DNA of 64,000 bases, taken from positions 46,272 through 110,271 of the forward strand of contig JAIOPE010000047.1 of assembly GCA_021414065.1 (NCBI GenBank), written 5' to 3'. Positions within the stretch are counted from its first letter, which is position 1, and every line of letters starts with the position of its first letter. Under the pieces are notes generated by a model, which had not been told where the DNA came from, searched no databases, and worked only from the letters and a program-made list of their open reading frames with translations. Source of the DNA: Planctomycetota bacterium. Its GTDB lineage: Bacteria; Planctomycetota; JAJSAM01; JAJVHW01. Positions 9,089 through 16,865 of this stretch are shown one piece after another. Made by a program: the position numbers and the translations under genes.

Positions 9089-9708
9089 GGCGTCCCCCGG
9101 GGCGGCTCGGACCGCGAGTCGAACCCCGCGAGCGCCGCCGCGTACGTTTCCGACGCCTTGCGGAATCGCCTCCACGCGGCCGAGAGCGAGATCGAGCGCT
9201 CCGCGGCGATCGACTCCATCGTGCGTTCCTCGAAGAGGTGCGCGGTGAGGAACTCGCGGTCGTCGTCGCCGAGCGTCGCGAGCGCGTCGGACATGCGCCG
9301 GGCCCGTTCGGAGTGATGGGCGACGCGGGACGGCGTGGTCGAACCCGCGGGGAGATACGCCTCGAACGGGGCGCTCTTCCCGCCGTCGATGTCGCCGAAC
9401 AGCCCGGTCCGCTTGGCGCCCCGCTTCACGGTCCCGAGGCTGCGGGCGATGTCGCGGATGCGGTTGCGGGCGATCGTCACGAGCCAGGTGCGGTAGGCCT
9501 CCGGCGTCTCCCAGCGGTGCTGCGCCCGGTCCCGCCACGCGAGGGCGAGGGTCTCCTGCCACACGTCCTCCGGATCACACCAAGCGCGGACGTGCGCCCC
9601 CATCGACGACGCGATCACGACGAGGAGCGAATCCGGTCCGACGGAGTCGATGAGGGCATCGAACCGGGCGGCGTCCATGTGGGGCGGAAGGGGCGTGTCG
9701 GCGGTCAT
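9085..9708 (-). CDS. ECF sigma factor (ECF-b), in tandem with ECF-a
   Basis: MTADTPLPPHMDAARFDALIDSVGPD...PEDVWQETLALAWRDRAQHRW...; sigma-4 REFLTAHLFEERTMESIAAERSISLSAAWRRFRK. ATG at 9708. 207 aa. Confidence 0.8.
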   Translation of the reverse strand: MTADTPLPPHMDAARFDALIDSVGPDSLLVVIASSMGAHVRAWCDPEDVWQETLALAWRDRAQHRWETPEAYRTWLVTIARNRIRDIARSLGTVKRGAKRTGLFGDIDGGKSAPFEAYLPAGSTTPSRVAHHSERARRMSDALATLGDDDREFLTAHLFEERTMESIAAERSISLSAAWRRFRKASETYAAALAGFDSRSEPPRGTP

Positions 9709-9758
9709 CGGTGGAGGGCGGGAGTCTACCGACGCGGACGCCCAGATCCGCCCACCGG

Positions 9759-9786
9759 AACAATCCGGAGAATTCCCCGACACTTC
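9759..9786. promoter_or_regulatory. Conserved intergenic motif, copy 2 (aacaaTCCGGAGAATTCCCCGACAC)
   Basis: Between the ECF-b start and small gene 2. Confidence 0.45.
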
Positions 9787-9861
9787 CCGTCGCAACCACG
9801 CTCCCTGGATTGTGAGGACCGCACGACGCGGTCCGACGGAACGACGAACGGAGAGATGAAC

Positions 9862-10263
9862 ATGACGAACACCACGAAGACGGTTTCCTCGGCGACGGTT
9901 CGGACTGCGGTGACGGCGGGCGGCATCCGCGCGAACCACGCGGTGCCGGTCCGCTCGGTGCTCACGGCCGGCGGCTGCAAGCCGAACCACGTCGCCCCGG
10001 TGCGCACCACGGTCGTCGCCGGCGGCGTGCGGAAGAACCACGCTCCCGTCATCCGCACGGCGGTCACCGCCGGAGGCGTGAAGAAGAACCACGCCGCCCC
10101 GGTCCGCACGGCGGTCGTCGCCGGTGGCGTGAAGATTAACCACGCTCCGGCCGTCCGCACGGCACTCACCGCCGGCGGCATCAAGGTCAACCACACCCCG
10201 GCCGTCCGCACCGCGGTCGTCGCCGGCGGCGTGAAGGCCAACCACGCCGCCTCGGTGCGGTAG
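9862..10263 (+). CDS. Small tandem-repeat protein 2 (133 aa)
   Basis: GGAGAGatgaacATG; MTNTTKTVSSATVRTAVTAGG then 17-aa NHA(A/V)PVR[ST].V.AGG repeats; ends NHAASVR*. Confidence 0.8.
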   Translation: MTNTTKTVSSATVRTAVTAGGIRANHAVPVRSVLTAGGCKPNHVAPVRTTVVAGGVRKNHAPVIRTAVTAGGVKKNHAAPVRTAVVAGGVKINHAPAVRTALTAGGIKVNHTPAVRTAVVAGGVKANHAASVR

Positions 10264-10280
10264 CCGAGAGCGGATGAACC

Positions 10281-12776
10281 TCACTCCCGCTTCGTGCCGC
10301 GAACCGCGGCGGCGGAGCGGGAGTCGCCCGCGGCTTCCAACGCCGCCGCGAGCCGGTCGCGGATCGGGGCCAGCTCCGGCTCGTCCTCGACCATCCCGGG
10401 GCTCGCCTCGACGGCGCGCGTCCACATCGCCAGCGCTTCCGCAGTACGAGACGCCGACAGCATGCGCGGAACCGCGAGCAGCACCGCGCCCTCGACGAAC
10501 TGGTCCCGCCCTTCCACCGGCAGCGCCTCGTCGAGCGCCTGCAGGCCGCGGCGGATGGCCTCGTCGTCGTGCCCGAGCGCCGCCTCGATCTCGCCGAGTT
10601 GTCTCACGGTGAGCGTCCGCATGTCCCAGCCGACGGGGCCGCGCGCGAGCGTCACTTCGACCAGGTCCGCCTGCTTCGCCCTGGCTTCGTCGAGTCGCCC
10701 CGCGCGCTGCAACGCCCCGCAGAGGTTGTGGACCGCGACGACCGTGCGCATTCCGGAGGCGCCGCACTGCGCCTCGGTGGCCGCCGCGACGCGCGAGAGC
10801 ATCGCGACGGCCTCGTCGGTCTTCGACTCTTCCGACAGCAACTGCCCGAGCAACGCCGCAGTCGCTACGGCGTTGATGCTCGACGCCCCCTCCACGGCCT
10901 CCCGGCGGGCGAGCACGTCGCGGAGCAGCGGGATCGCATCGCCGTTCCGGCCGAGGAACGAGAGCGCCAGCCCCATCTCGTGGCCGGCGCGCAAGGCCAG
11001 CGGGTCGTCGGCGCCCCGCGCAGCCGTGGCCGCGTCACGGACGCCCCCGAGCAATCGCGTCGCCTCGTCGTACCCGTCGCCCGAGACGAGCACGGACGCA
11101 AGGTCCACCGACGCCTCCAGCCGGACCGAGTCCGAGGGCGGCAGCGCCGCGGCGGCGCGTTCGACGCACGTGCGGAGCAGCGCCGTCGCCTCCGCGAGGC
11201 GTCCGACGTTGCTGAGCGCCATGCCCTCCGCCGACCGCGCCCGCAGCTCGCCCCGGACGTCGCCCGTCGCGGCGTGGGCTGCGGCCGCAGCCCGGCACGG
11301 GGCCACCGACTCCTCGACGAGGCCCATGTTGTAGAGGGTGTCGGAGATGGCATCGAGCACGGCCGCGCGCGTCGCGGCGTCGCCCGCGAAGCGCGTCTCC
11401 GCCGTCTTCGCCGCGCGCTGGAGCACGTCCACGACGCGGGCCTCGCGCCCGTCCGCATCGGGGTCCGCCGACCGGAACGCCTCGAGGAGGAACTGCGTCA
11501 CGCCGTCGGCCCGATTGCGCTCCGAAGTGACGCGCGCCGTGGCCGCCATCTGCTGGACGAGGAGCGCCGTCGGCGTGCCGACGACGAGCAGGAGTCCGAG
11601 CAGGATCGCCGCGGCCGCCGCGCGGTTGCGTCGCGCCCAGCGGACCGCCCGGCCCGCAGCGCCAACCCGACGCGCCGCGATCTCGCGCCCCTCGACGGCG
11701 GCGCGCAGGTCCGCCGCGAAGTCGGCGGCGGTCCGGTACCGCCGCGAGACGTCCTTCTCGAGCGCCCGGTGGACGACGGTCGCGAGGTCGGCGCGAATCC
11801 CGCCGTTCAGGCTCCGCGCAGCCGACGGCTCACGCGTGCGGACTGCCGTCAGGATCTCGTGGGTGCTCGGGCCGGAGAACGGGCGCGCGAGGGTGAGAAG
11901 TTCGAACAGCGTCGCGCCGAGCGACCAGACGTCGGTCCGCGCGTCGAGGTCCTTCGCCGCACCGGCCGCCTGCTCGGGGCTTGCGTAGTGCGGCGTCCCC
12001 AGGAAGTCGCCGCTGATCGTGAGGGTCGCCTCGCTCGCGTCGTCGGCGAGTCCGAAGTCGAAGAGCAGGGGCCGCGCGTCCGACGTCCGGACGATCACGT
12101 TCGACGGCTTGACGTCGCGGTGGACGACCCCGTGCGTATGGGCGAAGTGGAGCGCGTCGGCGACGTCCGCGACGAGGAGCGCCGCCGCGTCGGCGTACGA
12201 CGCCGGCCAGGTGCGCGGAGGGGCCGCACCCGTGCAGGCGAGCGCGAGATCCGTCGCGGCGAGATCGCGCACCGGGCGCGCGCCCGCGCGGAGCCCGTCG
12301 ATGACCTGGGCGAGCGTGCGGCCCGCCACGAGTTCCATCGCGAACCACGCCTGGTCGTCGCTGTCGCCCGACTCGTACACGCGGACGATCCCCGGATGCT
12401 CGAGCCTGGCGACCGCGCGCGACTCCCGCTCGAACCGCTCCCGCGTGCGGGACGACGCGAGGCGCCCGGGCAGGAGCTTCAGGGCCACCACGCGTCCGAG
12501 CCGCGCGTGCCGCGCCCGCCAGACGTGCCCCATCCCGCCGCGTCCGATCTCCTCCTCGATCTCGTATCCGCCGATCTCCGGCCGTCGCACGGGGCGCCTC
12601 GGCGCGATCCGCTGCGCGAGTTCCCACGTCTCGGCCACGCGGCCGCGCAAATCCGGGCGCCCCGGGAGCGCCGCGTCGAGGTCCGGCGTCCTCCCGGCCG
12701 TCACGTCGCCCACGAATCGGCCGAGGAGTTCGTCGAGGAGAGCGTCGTCGGCACCCGATTCCGTGTCTCCCGGCAT
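10281..12776 (-). CDS. Ser/Thr protein kinase with C-terminal TPR repeats, STK2 (no adjacent ECF)
   Basis: Start re-set to ATG 12776 (MPGDTESGADDALLDELL...). Kinase motifs GRGGMGHVW, HRDVKPSNVIV, DFGLA, followed by a TPR-rich C-terminus. The upstream intergenic region leads directly to divergent small gene 3. Confidence 0.8.
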   Translation of the reverse strand: MPGDTESGADDALLDELLGRFVGDVTAGRTPDLDAALPGRPDLRGRVAETWELAQRIAPRRPVRRPEIGGYEIEEEIGRGGMGHVWRARHARLGRVVALKLLPGRLASSRTRERFERESRAVARLEHPGIVRVYESGDSDDQAWFAMELVAGRTLAQVIDGLRAGARPVRDLAATDLALACTGAAPPRTWPASYADAAALLVADVADALHFAHTHGVVHRDVKPSNVIVRTSDARPLLFDFGLADDASEATLTISGDFLGTPHYASPEQAAGAAKDLDARTDVWSLGATLFELLTLARPFSGPSTHEILTAVRTREPSAARSLNGGIRADLATVVHRALEKDVSRRYRTAADFAADLRAAVEGREIAARRVGAAGRAVRWARRNRAAAAAILLGLLLVVGTPTALLVQQMAATARVTSERNRADGVTQFLLEAFRSADPDADGREARVVDVLQRAAKTAETRFAGDAATRAAVLDAISDTLYNMGLVEESVAPCRAAAAAHAATGDVRGELRARSAEGMALSNVGRLAEATALLRTCVERAAAALPPSDSVRLEASVDLASVLVSGDGYDEATRLLGGVRDAATAARGADDPLALRAGHEMGLALSFLGRNGDAIPLLRDVLARREAVEGASSINAVATAALLGQLLSEESKTDEAVAMLSRVAAATEAQCGASGMRTVVAVHNLCGALQRAGRLDEARAKQADLVEVTLARGPVGWDMRTLTVRQLGEIEAALGHDDEAIRRGLQALDEALPVEGRDQFVEGAVLLAVPRMLSASRTAEALAMWTRAVEASPGMVEDEPELAPIRDRLAAALEAAGDSRSAAAVRGTKRE

Positions 12777-12817
12777 GGGCGGAGAGTCTGTCCGCCCGAC
12801 GCGCGCCGCGCCCGCGG

Positions 12818-12848
12818 AAAACAATCTTCCGGATTCCCCGACACGTCG
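12818..12848. promoter_or_regulatory. Conserved intergenic motif, copy 3 (aacaatctTCCGGATTCCCCGACAC)
   Basis: Between the STK2 start and small gene 3. Present although no ECF gene is adjacent. Confidence 0.45.
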
Positions 12849-12937
12849 CCGCGCGGACCGGACTCCGGGGGGTGTCCTGAGCACGGTGCGACGGACGCGA
12901 GACGAAGAAGACCAACGTACGAGGCGGAGAGTCGAAC

Positions 12938-13489
12938 ATGACGAAGACGATGAAGACGGTCGCGACGACGGTGCGGACGGGCCTGAACGCAGGCGGGAAG
13001 TCGCTGAACCACGCGATCGCGGTGCGCTCGACCGTTGCCGCGGGCGGCAAACTGTTCAACCACGCCGCGACCGTTCGCAGTGCGGTAGCTTCCGGCGGGC
13101 GCACCCTGAACCACGCGGCCGCAGTGCGCTCGGCGGTTGCCGCGGGCGGCAGGCTGTTCAACCACGCGGCCGGGGTTCGCTCGACGGTTGCCGCCGGCGG
13201 CAAGATGTTCAACCACGCGATCCCGATGCGCTCGACAGTCGTCGCAGGCGGGCGGTCCCTGAACCACGCGGCGAGCGTCCGGACGGCGGTGGCCGCCGGA
13301 ACGAAGAACTTCAACCACGCCGCGAGCGTGCGAACCGCCGTGGCCGCGGGCGGGAAGAACTTCAATCACGCCGCTTCGGTTCGCACTGCGGTGGCGTCCG
13401 GCGGGCGGAACCTGAACCACGCCGCAGTCGTTCGCTCGACCGTGGCCGCGGGCAGCAGGATGTTCAACCACGCGGCGGCCGTCCGGTAG
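12938..13489 (+). CDS. Small tandem-repeat protein 3 (183 aa)
   Basis: GGCGGAGAgtcgaacATG; MTKTMKTVATTVRTGLNAGG then NHA.AVRS.VA.GG repeats. Confidence 0.8.
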   Translation: MTKTMKTVATTVRTGLNAGGKSLNHAIAVRSTVAAGGKLFNHAATVRSAVASGGRTLNHAAAVRSAVAAGGRLFNHAAGVRSTVAAGGKMFNHAIPMRSTVVAGGRSLNHAASVRTAVAAGTKNFNHAASVRTAVAAGGKNFNHAASVRTAVASGGRNLNHAAVVRSTVAAGSRMFNHAAAVR

Positions 13490-13532
13490 CCGGTCGTTTC
13501 CCCGCCGGTCGCTCGACGCGATGCCGGAGGGG

Positions 13533-16103
13533 CTACTTCGGGATCACCACTTCCAAGGCGGCCGCAGCATCCACGCTGCCGGCCGCCCGCAGCTTCGCAG
13601 CGATGTCCTTCGCGAGACCCACCAGCTCTCCCGAGTACTCGAAGCCGCCTTCCTTCGCCGCGACGAGCGCGTCGCGCACGCACGTCGCAGCGTCGTCGAG
13701 GCGGCCGAGCTTGATGCGCACCGACGCGACGAGGAACGCCGAGTTCTCTGCCGGCGCGGCCTGCCCGCACTGCCATGCCACGGCGATCGCGCTCGTCCCC
13801 GCACGCTCGGCCGCATCGAGCTCGCCGCGTTGGACGCGCAGCAACGCGAGCTGAGCGAGCACCGCCGCTTGCACCGGGAGCGCGGTCATGTTGCCGGCCG
13901 GGATCTGGTCCGCGAGCTCCTGCTGGAGCGCGACGGCGACATCCAACCGGTTCGCGTCCATGTGGAGCCCGGCCAGATTGTGGATCGCGGCGACGGTCGT
14001 GGAGTTGCCGAGACCAAGCGTCCGGCGCGAGCCGTCGGCCGCGGCCGTCAGGATGGGCTCGGCGTCCGCGAGGCGGCCGAGCATCTTCAACGCCTGGCCG
14101 TAGTTCAGCGCCGCGTCGAGCGTGTTCCCGTTCGTCGGACCGAGCGCGCGCGTCCACCCCTCGTACGCCGTGCGCAGGAGGCTGAGTGCCTCACCGTCGG
14201 GCTGCGTCGCGTCGAGCAGGAGCCCGAGGTTCATCTGCGCCCGCAGCGTGTACGTACCGCCCGCGCCGAACACGCGCACGAGTCGCGGGATGAGCTCCCG
14301 CAGCACGGCGACGGACTCGTCCGCTCGGTTCGCCGCCGAGAGCGCGAATGCCCACGCGATCCCGGCGTTGAGGGTCCGCTGGTCGTCGTCTCCCAGTGCC
14401 TTCCTCGCAGTTCGCCAGAGGTCTCCGGACTCGCGCAGCCCGCCTTCCACGTCGCCCGCCTCCGTGAGCGCGCCGACGAGTGCCGCGCGGAGATCCAGCA
14501 CCTGCGGTGAGTCGGAACCGAGCGCGGGCTCCACCGCCGCCAACGTCGTCGTGGCGAGTGCCTGCGCCTGCTCGAAGAGCGAGAGGCTCGTGTACGTGGA
14601 AGCGATCACAGCGCAGACTTCGGCGCGCTGCCTCGGACGGTCGGCGAACTGCGACCCGGCGTCGGTGGCCGCCCCGGCGAGCGCATCTGCGATCTTCGCG
14701 TCGGGCCCGGCGAGCCCTGCGTCGGCCTCGCGAAACACACCGGTCATGAAGTCGCGCACCGCCCGCGCACTGTCGCGCTCCTCCTCGGCCGTCCGCAGCG
14801 CCGCGGCCACCTTGTCGCGTTCGTCGCGGATCGACTCGTTCGCCGCCCTCTGCTGCAGATACAAGGCGGTCGGCGTCCCGACGAAGAGGCCCGCCGCGAG
14901 CACGGCAGCCGCAGCGCGCGCCGGGTGCCGCTTCGTCCAGCGCCACACGCGTTCGGCTGGCCCCGCTCGACGCGCCGCAACCGGGCGCCCGTCGAGGAAC
15001 GCCGCGAGATCGGCCGCGAAGTCCCCCGCCGATCGGTAGCGCTTCGTGCGGTCTTTCTCGAGCGCCGCGAGACACACGGTCTCGAGATCGCGCGGGATCG
15101 ACGCGCACTCGCTCCGCGGCCGCGTCGGCTCGCGGCTCGCGATGTCGCTCAGGATCACCTGCGTGGTCGGGCCGTCGAACGGCGGGCGCAGCGTGAGTGC
15201 CTCGTACAACGTCGCGCCGAGCGACCACACGTCGGTCCGGCCGTCGAGATCGCGGACGGCGCCCGCCGCCTGTTCCGGCGACGCGTAGTGCGGCGTGCCG
15301 AGGAAGTCGCCCGACAGCGTGAGCGAGCGCTCCTCCTCGACGTCGGCCAGGCCGAAGTCGAAGAGCAGCGCGCGGCCGTCGCTGCGGAGCATGACGTTAC
15401 TCGGCTTCACGTCGCGGTGGATCACCCCGCGGTCGTGAGCGAACGCAAGCGCCTCCGCGACCTGGCGGACGACGTCCGCGACGATCCCGGCGTACGACTT
15501 CCCGGTGGTCCCCTCGACCCGCGCCGCGCGGGCGAAGTCCGCCGCGGTGAGCGACGCCGCCGGTTTCGACAGCGCGCGTAGGTCGTGGAGCACCGCCGCG
15601 AGCGTCGTGCCCGTGACGAGCTCCATCGCGAACCAGGGCTGCCCCGCGTCGTCGCCCGATTCGTAGACCCGCACGATGCCGGGGTGCTCGAGCCGTGCGA
15701 CCGCGCGCGCCTCGCGCTCGAACCGCTCGCGCGCCGTCTTCGTGACCATCCGCTGCGGCAGCACCTTCAGCGCCACGCGCCTTCGCAGTCCCTTCTGCTG
15801 CGCCAGATAGACGTGTCCCATGCCACCGCGGCCGAGTTCGCCGAGGATTTCGTATCCGCCGATCAGCGGACGAGACTCCTTCGCGCGAGGTGCCGCCTGC
15901 TTCGCCATCGCGGCGAGTTCGCGGATCTGCGCGACGAGGTCCGAGCGACCTGCGGCGGCCCCGGCGACATCGGGCTCGCGGCCTTCCGCGACGTCGTCGA
16001 GAAAGCGCGCGAGCGCGGCGTCGAGGATCGAATCGTCGTCACCGGTGGTGCCGCCGGATGTGTCGCGCTGCGATGGGTCCGGCTGCGAGCTCGCGTCAGG
16101 CAT
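13533..16103 (-). CDS. Ser/Thr protein kinase with C-terminal TPR repeats, STK3 (no adjacent ECF)
   Basis: 856 aa. GRGGMGHVYLA, HRDVKPSNVML, DFGLA. N-terminal ~90 aa nearly identical to STK4. Confidence 0.85.
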   Translation of the reverse strand: MPDASSQPDPSQRDTSGGTTGDDDSILDAALARFLDDVAEGREPDVAGAAAGRSDLVAQIRELAAMAKQAAPRAKESRPLIGGYEILGELGRGGMGHVYLAQQKGLRRRVALKVLPQRMVTKTARERFEREARAVARLEHPGIVRVYESGDDAGQPWFAMELVTGTTLAAVLHDLRALSKPAASLTAADFARAARVEGTTGKSYAGIVADVVRQVAEALAFAHDRGVIHRDVKPSNVMLRSDGRALLFDFGLADVEEERSLTLSGDFLGTPHYASPEQAAGAVRDLDGRTDVWSLGATLYEALTLRPPFDGPTTQVILSDIASREPTRPRSECASIPRDLETVCLAALEKDRTKRYRSAGDFAADLAAFLDGRPVAARRAGPAERVWRWTKRHPARAAAAVLAAGLFVGTPTALYLQQRAANESIRDERDKVAAALRTAEEERDSARAVRDFMTGVFREADAGLAGPDAKIADALAGAATDAGSQFADRPRQRAEVCAVIASTYTSLSLFEQAQALATTTLAAVEPALGSDSPQVLDLRAALVGALTEAGDVEGGLRESGDLWRTARKALGDDDQRTLNAGIAWAFALSAANRADESVAVLRELIPRLVRVFGAGGTYTLRAQMNLGLLLDATQPDGEALSLLRTAYEGWTRALGPTNGNTLDAALNYGQALKMLGRLADAEPILTAAADGSRRTLGLGNSTTVAAIHNLAGLHMDANRLDVAVALQQELADQIPAGNMTALPVQAAVLAQLALLRVQRGELDAAERAGTSAIAVAWQCGQAAPAENSAFLVASVRIKLGRLDDAATCVRDALVAAKEGGFEYSGELVGLAKDIAAKLRAAGSVDAAAALEVVIPK

Positions 16104-16254
16104 GCGCCGAGTGTGCCGACCCGACCGCCGCGAATTCGCCGGTTTTCTGCGACATGACGATCAAGGAACCGGACTCCGGGGGCGACACACGACGCCGCAG
16201 GACGCAGCCGGCTTCCCGACGAAGCGGTCCGAGCCGGGACGCCGCCGCGATTCG

Positions 16255-16300
16255 GCGAATTGCGGATTCCCCCGACATCGCCCGCGGGATTCCGGACTCA
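16255..16300. promoter_or_regulatory. Conserved intergenic motif, copy 4 (GGATTCCCCCGACAtcg...GGGATTCCGGA)
   Basis: Between the STK3 start and small gene 4. Two half-site-like elements. Confidence 0.4.
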
Positions 16301-16361
16301 TCAGGGTGTGCGACGCACGACGCGTCGCGGAGAACCCAGGACAGAACGAGGAGAGACGACC

Positions 16362-16808
16362 ATGGCGAACACGACGAACGCGAAGATCACCGTGCGGACT
16401 GCGATGACGGCGGGCGGGCTGAAAGCGAACCACGCTGCCGTGGTGCGAACAGCCGTGGCGTCCGGCGGATTGAAGACGAACCACGCTGCACCGGTCCGTG
16501 CCACAGTGCGCGCCGGCGGACTCAAGAGCAACCACGCCGCCGTCGTGCGTACGAACGTCCCGGCCGGCGGACTCAAGCAGAACCACGCTGCCGCGGTCCG
16601 TTCCACCGTGCGCGCCGGCGGACTAAAGAACAACCACGCGAGCCCCGTGCGCACGAACGTCCTGGCCGGTGGCATCCAGCAGAACCACGCTGCCGCGGTC
16701 CGTTCCACCGTGCGCGCCGGCGGGCTGAAGAACAACCACGCCAGCGCCGTGCGCACGAGCGTTCTGGCCGGCGGAGTCAAGCAGAACCACGCGCTCTCGG
16801 CGCGCTGA
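16362..16808 (+). CDS. Small tandem-repeat protein 4 (148 aa)
   Basis: aacGAGGAGAgacgaccATG; MANTTNAKITVRTAMTAGG then NHAA.VR[ST].V.AGGLK repeats; ends NHALSAR*. Confidence 0.8.
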   Translation: MANTTNAKITVRTAMTAGGLKANHAAVVRTAVASGGLKTNHAAPVRATVRAGGLKSNHAAVVRTNVPAGGLKQNHAAAVRSTVRAGGLKNNHASPVRTNVLAGGIQQNHAAAVRSTVRAGGLKNNHASAVRTSVLAGGVKQNHALSAR

Positions 16809-16865
16809 AGCGACCTCGGCGGGCCGTCGCACGACGGCCCGCCGCCGGACGTTGCCGAGCCGCGG

